From assembly GCA_963784785.1 (NCBI GenBank), contig CAWASW010000007.1:66394-130393 (forward strand): 64,000 nucleotides of DNA. Direction: 5' to 3'. Below the pieces are notes generated by a model. That model was not told where the DNA came from. It saw nothing but the letters and a program-made list of their open reading frames with translations, and searched no databases. Source of the stretch: Candidatus Woesebacteria bacterium. GTDB lineage: Bacteria; Patescibacteriota; Microgenomatia; UBA8517. Below, piece after piece: positions 57,541 to 64,000 of this stretch. The position numbers were made by a program, and so were the translations under genes. Position 1 is the stretch's first letter. The number at the start of each line of letters is the position of its first letter.

Positions 57541-58149
57541 ATGAACGACGAACTAAAAATTAACGAGAAAGGTACTGGAAACAAAAAGATTCCAGGACAT
57601 ATCATTATTACTGCCTCAGAAGATCCAAAGGCAAAATGGTATGTAGTTCACACATCATCTGGTCATGAAGTTCGTGTCATGGAAACATTAAGACAAAGAG
57701 TAGAAACAATGGGACTTAAAACCACTGTTTTTGAAATGTTAGTCCCTACCCAAGACAAAATTATCATAAGAGGTGGAAAAAAGGCACAAGTAAAAGAAAA
57801 GATTTTTCCAGGATACATGCTTGTTAAAATGATATTAGATGATGCAACCTGGCTTGCAGTAAGAACAACAGCAGGAATCACAGGATTCGTCGGAGCAGGA
57901 AATAAGCCTACTGCCCTATCTGAAGTAGAAGTTAAAAACATTCAAAAATTCGTAAGCTCACCTGCACCAAGATACAAAACAAAATTTGTTACAGGAGAAG
58001 CAGTCAAGATTACAGACGGACCTTTCTCAGATTTCTTAGGAACAATTCATGAAATTGACGAAGAAAAAGGAAAAGTCAAAGTATTGGTCTCAATCTTTGG
58101 AAGAGAAACACCTGTAGAATTAGACTTCTTGCAAATCCAAAAGATTTAG
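57541..58149 (+). CDS. nusG: Transcription termination/antitermination factor NusG
   Basis: NGN domain (KWYVVHTSSGHE) and KOW domain (GEAVKITDGPFSDFLGTIHEID). Confidence 0.9.
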   Translation: MNDELKINEKGTGNKKIPGHIIITASEDPKAKWYVVHTSSGHEVRVMETLRQRVETMGLKTTVFEMLVPTQDKIIIRGGKKAQVKEKIFPGYMLVKMILDDATWLAVRTTAGITGFVGAGNKPTALSEVEVKNIQKFVSSPAPRYKTKFVTGEAVKITDGPFSDFLGTIHEIDEEKGKVKVLVSIFGRETPVELDFLQIQKI

Positions 58150-59015
58150 ATTCCTATTTTCCAAACTCCTTTTTCTCTAAATGCAGGGATTGTTTGCCTC
58201 TTTGCTAAATTAAAAATACTTGATGATTTATCATTCTTTTTCTTAGCATAATCAGAAAGCGAAATAATTTTTAAGCCTTTTAAATACGCAATTCTTTTGT
58301 GTAGTGATTCTAGCAAAGCTTTGCTTATTATCTCAATCATAGTCTTTATCCTTTTTGTTTCGTTGTATTCATTAAATGCATAATAATAATTAATTTTTTC
58401 CTTGTTCTTTACTATAATGTTTGGAAATCCGAGATTGGAAAGCATAAAATTAATCAACACTCTACCAATCCTACCGTTACCATCATTAAAGGGATGAATT
58501 GATTCGAACTCTAAATGAAATTCACTTATTTTATCCAAAAAATATTTATTATGATTACTCGTATAATTTACTAATAATTCACCAATCAAACTCGCTATTT
58601 TATCAGGATTTGAACCAATATGAGTTCCAACTCGTACATATTCGTTATTGTTTCTAAATCTCCCAGAAATATTTAAATTAATATTCTCTAAAAGCATTTT
58701 GTGAATAAACAACATCAAATCTATATTTAATTCTAATTTGTTTCTATCTTTTAGATATTTAAAAATTCTGGCCAGGTTCTTAGCCTCGAAGACTTCGCGC
58801 AAGTTTAGATCTCTTGAAATCTCATGTTCCATAAGTATTTTCTCAGTTTCTTTTAATGTAAGTGTTGAATTTTCAATTGCGTTGGAGTTGTATACACTAT
58901 CTGCAATTTCAGCTTCGTCAATCAAATTAAGAAGTGACTCTTTACCCAGCTTTAATTTGTCAAATTCTTTCTTTAATTCCTCAATTTGAGATTTCCTAGT
59001 ATTTCCAAGTGTCAT
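58146..59015 (-). CDS. Class II Fic-domain protein (putative auto-inhibited AMPylase)
   Basis: Fic motif HPFNDGNGRIGR; inhibitory-helix-like SNAIEN ([S/T]xxxE[G/N]) lies N-terminal to it in the same polypeptide. Confidence 0.85.
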   Translation of the reverse strand: MTLGNTRKSQIEELKKEFDKLKLGKESLLNLIDEAEIADSVYNSNAIENSTLTLKETEKILMEHEISRDLNLREVFEAKNLARIFKYLKDRNKLELNIDLMLFIHKMLLENINLNISGRFRNNNEYVRVGTHIGSNPDKIASLIGELLVNYTSNHNKYFLDKISEFHLEFESIHPFNDGNGRIGRVLINFMLSNLGFPNIIVKNKEKINYYYAFNEYNETKRIKTMIEIISKALLESLHKRIAYLKGLKIISLSDYAKKKNDKSSSIFNLAKRQTIPAFREKGVWKIGI

Positions 59016-59053
59016 ACAAGAAGAATAGCATACTCACGTAATTTTGTCAAATT

Positions 59054-59097
59054 GACGTGAATTTATGTCGTTTCCAACTTAAATTCACGTCGTTTTT
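59054..59097 (+). promoter_or_regulatory. Perfect 12-bp inverted repeat (gacgtgaattta ... taaattcacgtc) followed by a T-run, between the Fic start and rplK
   Basis: Seen directly; could be an operator for Fic or a leader hairpin/attenuator for rplK-rplA. Confidence 0.4.
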
Positions 59098-59185
59098 AGG
59101 TTCGCAATGACACTAGATTATAAGTTTATGTCTATGTTATAATACCAGTACCTCGATATTTATCGAGGGAGATTATATAAATCGA

Positions 59186-59611
59186 ATGGCAAAGAAAATT
59201 AAAGTAATAGTTAAAATTAACCTCAAGGGAGCAGAAGCTACCCCAGCACCTCCAGTCGGAACTGCACTTGGACAACATGGTATTGCAATCATGGAGTTTG
59301 TCAAAGCATATAACGACAAGACCAAAGACATGAAGGGACAAGTTATTCCAGCAGTTATCACCATTTTTGAAGATAGAAGTTTTGATTTTATAATCAAAAA
59401 GGCTCCAATGTCAGTAATGATCAAAAAGGTTTTAGGTTTAGAAAAAGGATCTGGAACTGCAGGAAGAGCAACACATGCAACAATGACAAGAGCACAAGCA
59501 GAAGAAGTAGCAAAAGAAAAGATGGACGATTTAAACACCAAAGACTTAGACGCAGCAGTTAAAATAGTCGCAGGAACAGCAAGATCAATGGGAATCAAGG
59601 TAGAAGATTAA
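59186..59611 (+). CDS. rplK: 50S ribosomal protein L11
   Basis: PAPPVGTALGQHGIAIMEF motif. Confidence 0.9.
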   Translation: MAKKIKVIVKINLKGAEATPAPPVGTALGQHGIAIMEFVKAYNDKTKDMKGQVIPAVITIFEDRSFDFIIKKAPMSVMIKKVLGLEKGSGTAGRATHATMTRAQAEEVAKEKMDDLNTKDLDAAVKIVAGTARSMGIKVED

Positions 59612-59687
59612 TAGCAAACTAGATAACTAGATGAATAGTTTTTTTCTAATTATCTAATAATCTATTTATCTAATTAACTAAACCAAT
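59612..59687 (+). repeat. Conserved upstream element (family copy B), ending at the rplA start codon
   Basis: aaactagataactagatgaatagtttttttctaattatctaataatctatttatctaatt. Confidence 0.6.
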
Positions 59688-60497
59688 ATGGGGAAAACTA
59701 AAACAGCTAAATTAACAGATACAGCTAAAGTTACTAAAACTTCTGCTGAAGAATATGCTGAAAAGAAAGCAAAGAAGGCTGCATTACAAAATAAAGTAGA
59801 AAAAGTATCAGAGGTAATAACAAATGAGGTACCAAAAGTATCAGAAGTATCAAAAGTAGAAACAGAACAAGAACCAGAAGTTCCAAAAAGAAAAGAGAAG
59901 ATTTTAACTATTTCATCTCGTGGTAAAAAATACTTAGAATCAAAATCAAAGGTTTCCAAAGCAAATCTTTACAAAATTGAGGATGCAATCAAGGCTGTTA
60001 AAGAATCAAGCTACTCAAAATTTGATGGTACAATGGAACTACATTTAAATGTCAAAAAGACGGGTATAAATGTTCAAACCACTCTTCCATTTTCAACCGG
60101 AAAACAAAAAAGAATTGAAATTGCTGATGAAAAAACATTAGCAAAGCTTAAAGAAGGAAAAATTGACTTTGATTTACTTCTTACAACTGCAGAAATGATG
60201 CCAAAACTAGCTATGTTTGCAAGACTATTAGGTCCTAAAGGATTAATGCCAAATCCTAAAAATGGAACAGTTATAAAGTCAGTTAAAGACGTCGAAAAGT
60301 TTAAAGGTAACATGATTACACTTAAGACTGAGAGAGAAGCTGCTTTAATTCATACATCATTTGGAAAAGTATCACAGAAACAAGAAGAGCTTGTAACCAA
60401 TGCTGAAGCCATTTTAACAGCCCTTGGAGGATCAAAGTCTATAGTTAGAGCTTTCATGAAGTCAACAATGAGTCCTTCAGTTAAAATAACTATCTAA
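59688..60497 (+). CDS. rplA: 50S ribosomal protein L1 (with ~60-aa Lys/Glu-rich N-terminal extension)
   Basis: L1 core (…LLGPKGLMPNPK.GTV…). Confidence 0.9.
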   Translation: MGKTKTAKLTDTAKVTKTSAEEYAEKKAKKAALQNKVEKVSEVITNEVPKVSEVSKVETEQEPEVPKRKEKILTISSRGKKYLESKSKVSKANLYKIEDAIKAVKESSYSKFDGTMELHLNVKKTGINVQTTLPFSTGKQKRIEIADEKTLAKLKEGKIDFDLLLTTAEMMPKLAMFARLLGPKGLMPNPKNGTVIKSVKDVEKFKGNMITLKTEREAALIHTSFGKVSQKQEELVTNAEAILTALGGSKSIVRAFMKSTMSPSVKITI

Positions 60498-60738
60498 CTT
60501 GTTGCTTCATTATTCTTAATACTCTTCTGTTTGCCATCTCGATTTTTTCGTAATCTGCTTTAGTAACTTTAAATCCAGACTCTACACCTACACAATTATC
60601 TGGATATCGTAGTATTAGGGTGGATTAATCTAAGATTATATGATTGATAACTTTTACCAAAATATTTTTTTCCTGCCTAGTTTGCAATGTTGCATCAAGA
60701 TTTTGAAATTTATCAACCATATTACATTTTTTTGATTT

Positions 60739-61176
60739 TTATTTATTTTGCAAATCTTTCAAAGCCTCGCCACCGACATCGTCATGATCCGTAGGAAACC
60801 AGTTTACTCCGTCATCAGAACCAAGTGTTACGGGTACAACACCATGCGAACCTGTCGCATCTGATGTTAGAAAGGTACATGTATGACTGTAAACAACAGT
60901 CGATTTTTCCCCTGGCTGACTAAGTAATATTTCTTTTAATTTGTTTGAAGGTATACCGCCCCTTATATTCCAATTTACTGACTTCGATACAGAACTATTA
61001 GGATCATATTGATTTTTACAATCTCTAGACAAAGAACATCCTATGCACCCCTTTTTTGCGTACTTGGTTCTACAAAAAACGCTTCTACGGCCTTTGCCAT
61101 CACCAATGTCAGTTTTTCCAACCCATGTATTGACTAAATTTGTAAATGTCAACTGCGGATCAAATTGTTCTATCAT
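60739..61176 (-). CDS. Hypothetical Cys-containing protein inserted between rplA and rplJ on the opposite strand
   Basis: ORF; no motif recognised. Confidence 0.4.
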   Translation of the reverse strand: MIEQFDPQLTFTNLVNTWVGKTDIGDGKGRRSVFCRTKYAKKGCIGCSLSRDCKNQYDPNSSVSKSVNWNIRGGIPSNKLKEILLSQPGEKSTVVYSHTCTFLTSDATGSHGVVPVTLGSDDGVNWFPTDHDDVGGEALKDLQNK

Positions 61177-61244
61177 CTTAGAGCTGATATTACAGATGTT
61201 TAAATTATTTTTCTTGAGTTCTTGTTGAGTAAAATAGGCAGAAG

Positions 61245-62060
61245 TTGTATACTATGGATATGACTGAGGCTGATTACATCTGTTTTTTGGCAAAAAATGT
61301 TACTTTAGGCCATTACCAAAATGATGGTTTTTATGTTGTTCCTAAGTATATAAACCATCCAAAATCTGTCTATTTCCCTGACCTTAATTATTCTTCTAAA
61401 TTCTGGAGTTTAATCTCAAAATGTAAAGCAAGAGATTTAGGTGATAAATTTCCAAAAGTTGCAGTTTTAGAAGTAGATTCAAAAATTGATTCCAAAAAAT
61501 CGAAAAGGATTACTTATAGGGATATAACTTTTGATTTGCTCGAAACAGAATATGGAACAATAGGAAGTTTTAATAAGTACATGATGACAAACAGAATAGG
61601 CAACTCAGAACAAGAATTTGAAAAAACTTTTACCCTAATGACACTTCTACTTAAAAGTAAAGAGAGAGGAGAAATAGGAGATGTTGTGTGGCACAAGAGA
61701 AATGCTGTCATTGAATATTTATTTGGTAAATTTAAAACAAAAGAATCAATGGAACTTGCAAAGAAAAGCGAAAAATATTTAGAAAAACTTGGATTTAGCA
61801 ACAAAATTCAACTTCCTAAGCTTAAAAATTTAACAAGACAAGAAGAAGATGTCCTAAATTTACTTCAAGAAAATAATGGAAATATTGTTTCATTTGATAA
61901 AATGGCAGAGGTTTTGTGGAGAGAAAATTCAGACGATAAATTCTCACTTGAGGCCATGGCAAAAGTAATTGAAAATGTAAGAAGAAAAATTAAAGATACT
62001 GGAATAAACAAAGAACTAATCTTCACCAAAAGAGGCAGTGGATATATATTAATTACTTGA
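61245..62060 (+). CDS. Transcriptional regulator with C-terminal OmpR/PhoB-type winged-helix domain and an unknown N-terminal domain
   Basis: C-terminus LTRQEEDVLNLLQENNGNIVSFDKMAEVLW...KVIENVRRKIKD...IFTKRGSGYIL fits the trans_reg_C pattern; no receiver domain. Confidence 0.55.
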   Translation: MYTMDMTEADYICFLAKNVTLGHYQNDGFYVVPKYINHPKSVYFPDLNYSSKFWSLISKCKARDLGDKFPKVAVLEVDSKIDSKKSKRITYRDITFDLLETEYGTIGSFNKYMMTNRIGNSEQEFEKTFTLMTLLLKSKERGEIGDVVWHKRNAVIEYLFGKFKTKESMELAKKSEKYLEKLGFSNKIQLPKLKNLTRQEEDVLNLLQENNGNIVSFDKMAEVLWRENSDDKFSLEAMAKVIENVRRKIKDTGINKELIFTKRGSGYILIT

Positions 62061-62093
62061 TTTTATATTTACAAAAGTATTATTATTTATTTA

Positions 62094-62303
62094 ATGACCT
62101 CATTAGTTTATAGGGATTTTTTAACTAATACTTCTGTGGCATGGTTTACTGCTGGAGTTATAACTCCAATTTTTATTGAAAAAATATCAAAGCGAGATTT
62201 ATTAAATAGCATTATCGCGATAATCATGTTTGTGGTATTCTTAAGAGTAGCAAGAGTTCTAGAAACGAACGAGAAAGGAAAAGTAAATGATAAATCAAGA
62301 TAA
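62094..62303 (+). CDS. Small hydrophobic ORF (low confidence)
   Basis: ORF only. Confidence 0.25.
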   Translation: MTSLVYRDFLTNTSVAWFTAGVITPIFIEKISKRDLLNSIIAIIMFVVFLRVARVLETNEKGKVNDKSR

Positions 62304-62538
62304 AATATTATTTGCATATAGCATAGGTGTAATAATGAGCGCAATAATAATTGTTTATATATATTTTGATGTTTTCAAGAAGAAACACAAAAAATGAATT
62401 TAAATATTGAAAATACTGTATACATACTTGCAGGGATATCACTAGTTATTATATTCTGGATAATCCATAAAATGGATCAGGAAGTTAAAAATTAATCTTC
62501 ACCAAAAGAGGAAGTGGGTATTTACTTGTTAGATAATT

Positions 62539-62712
62539 ACCCTAATGTTCTTGATCCTTCGCGTACAGGCTGCTTAGGTGCCTCTTTTGTATTCTCCATT
62601 CTTTTCTTAATCTCATCTTTTGTGTAAGAATCATTTTTTTCACCTTGACCTGCTTCAATTATTCTAATCCTTCCATCAGGGTCTGTCGTTGTTGTCTTTG
62701 TTGGTGTCATTT
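62539..62712 (-). CDS. Small ORF (57 aa) with a strong SD
   Basis: aaggaggtgatttgtaaATG; MTPTKTTTTDPDGRIRIIEAGQGEKNDSYTKDEIKKRMENTKEAPKQPVREGSRTLG; not in the ORF track. Confidence 0.3.
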
Positions 62713-62803
62713 ACAAATCACCTCCTTGATTTTCATAATGAATATAATATAATACAATCTGTCCTAAGAAAACAAGCAGCATCTTATTTTAGAAGCGCAA
62801 GTC

Positions 62804-63337
62804 TTGTCGAGGAATATGAACAGAATAAACAAAACAGATTTAATAACTAAGCTTTCTCCTAAGCTTAAAAGTGCTTCCTCAATTGTCTTTGTAAATTTTG
62901 CTGGTTTATCCGTTGGTCTTCAACAGAAATTAAAATTACAGCTTAAAGCTATAGGATCAGACATGACAGTTGTTAAAAACACCCTCATAAAGCTTGCAGG
63001 GAAAGAAGCAGGTCTAGCAGAAGAAGTATTAACAGATGAAGTACTATCAGGTCAAACTGCACTCATTATGACTGAAGGAGATTCAGTAGCTCCAATCCAA
63101 GTTTTAGGAAAATTTGTTAAAGAAAACCAAGTACCAAACTTCAAAGTAGGTATAATCGATGGCAAATTCCAAGGAAAAGAAGCATTACTTAAGATTTCAA
63201 CCTTACCTACAAAAGAAACTTTATACAGTCAAGTTGTTGGTTCTTTGATGTCACCAATGTACGGATTGGTAGGCACACTAAATGGAAATATGCAGAAACT
63301 AGTGTATATTCTGAAGGAGGTGAGTACACGTGGCTAA
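62804..63337 (+). CDS. rplJ: 50S ribosomal protein L10
   Basis: L10 family pattern; followed by rplL with an 8-nt overlap. Confidence 0.9.
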   Translation: MSRNMNRINKTDLITKLSPKLKSASSIVFVNFAGLSVGLQQKLKLQLKAIGSDMTVVKNTLIKLAGKEAGLAEEVLTDEVLSGQTALIMTEGDSVAPIQVLGKFVKENQVPNFKVGIIDGKFQGKEALLKISTLPTKETLYSQVVGSLMSPMYGLVGTLNGNMQKLVYILKEVSTRG

Positions 63338-63719
63338 CAAAGTAAATGAATTAGTAGAAGAAATTTCAAAACTCACAGTTTTAGATTTATCAGAACTTGT
63401 TACTGCACTTCAAGATAAACTTGGAGTTTCAGCAATGCCAGTAGCAGCAGCAGCTCCAGTAGCAGCAGCCGCAGCCGGCGATGCTCCAGCAGGAGAAGCA
63501 TCTGGTGGAAACCAAACTGTAGTAATGACAAATTCAGGAGCAACCAAAATTGCAGTTATTAAAGCTTTGAGAGAAATCAATCAAACTTTAGGACTTAAAG
63601 AAGCAAAAGATGCAACCGATAACGTTCCATTTGAGGTTCTTAAAGATGCAAAACCTGAAGATGTTAAATCAGCAGTCGAAAAGTTAAAGGCAGCTGGTGC
63701 AACAGTAGAGTTAAAATAA
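63330..63719 (+). CDS. rplL: 50S ribosomal protein L7/L12
   Basis: Ala/Pro-rich hinge and C-terminal domain ending KLKAAGATVELK. Confidence 0.9.
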   Translation: MANKVNELVEEISKLTVLDLSELVTALQDKLGVSAMPVAAAAPVAAAAAGDAPAGEASGGNQTVVMTNSGATKIAVIKALREINQTLGLKEAKDATDNVPFEVLKDAKPEDVKSAVEKLKAAGATVELK

Positions 63720-63755
63720 GAGTATTAGTTAATTAGTATCTTAGAAAAACAGAAA

Positions 63756-63779
63756 AGCCGCTCGAAAGGGCGGTTTTTT
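63756..63779 (+). terminator. Rho-independent terminator after rplL
   Basis: 6-bp stem with a GAAA tetraloop (ccgctc GAAA gggcgg) followed by T6. Confidence 0.75.
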
Positions 63780-63815
63780 GTGCCTACAAATAATCACACC
63801 TCCGAGGTGTGATGT

Positions 63816-64000
63816 TTAGGAGATACGTGAGAGGAGATAGTCAGAAAAGGCCTTAAGTTCAGGTGAAGTCCTCGCGTCTGGCTCAATTCCTGGGCCTTTA
63901 TTAACCTCAATGATATAAATCTTTCGAGTCAACTTCTCAATTGCCAAATCAACACCTGCAATATCGAGTCCCAAAATGGCTGCAGACTTCAATGCAATTT
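63816..64000 (-). CDS. ATP-grasp (RimK-like) ligase, C-terminal part (partial; continues past the window edge)
   Basis: Revcomp translation ...IALKSAAILGLDIAGVDLAIE...KIYIIEVNKGPGIE... matches the ATP-grasp C-terminal subdomain. Confidence 0.55.
   Translation of the reverse strand, partial: IALKSAAILGLDIAGVDLAIEKLTRKIYIIEVNKGPGIEPDARTSPELKAFSDYLLSRIS

Overview
This is an AT-rich, gene-dense bacterial window with many short proteins and almost all genes in co-directional blocks. Several traits are consistent with a reduced-genome lineage such as CPR/Patescibacteria (inference only): a short EF-Ts, a ProRS without an editing insertion, rpsB-tsf-frr without pyrH, and O-antigen-ligase/TPR and Cys-rich surface proteins. 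Housekeeping content: ychF, cysS, recR, ybaB, dnaX, ybeY, HIT, proS, rseP, frr, tsf, rpsB, folD, glyA, dut, topA, dprA, PBP2, mreB, def, fmt, rpmB, gmd, rpsU, the secE-nusG-rplK-rplA-rplJ-rplL cluster, and a tRNA cluster (Thr-UGU, Tyr-GUA, Thr-GGU, Trp-CCA) with rpmG. Accessory content: two ABC export modules (ABC-3 metal type with a CorA-like protein; MacB/FtsX type with a disrupted MacA adaptor), a two-component system, at least four type II toxin-antitoxin loci (three PIN/VapC, one HigBA) plus a class II Fic, a SET-domain protein, a CapA-type phosphoesterase and two paralogous Cys-rich membrane-anchored proteins. Mobile and repeat features: an IS element (~1.13 kb, 8-bp TSD) cleanly inserted into thymidylate kinase; a double-motif LAGLIDADG homing endonuclease between two tRNA genes; a 196-bp structured repeat directly 3' of both tRNA-Thr genes; a ~65-bp repeat family upstream of the ybaB, fmt and rplA start codons; a ~37-bp GC-richer intergenic repeat; and a 33-bp in-frame tandem repeat. 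The conserved secE-nusG-rplKAJL locus carries opposite-strand insertions (Fic; a hypothetical protein plus a wHTH regulator). Several genes look disrupted (MacA adaptor, tmk, rdgB, SGNH hydrolase, a G7-tract gene, the transposase), so assembly quality and genuine gene decay must be told apart.
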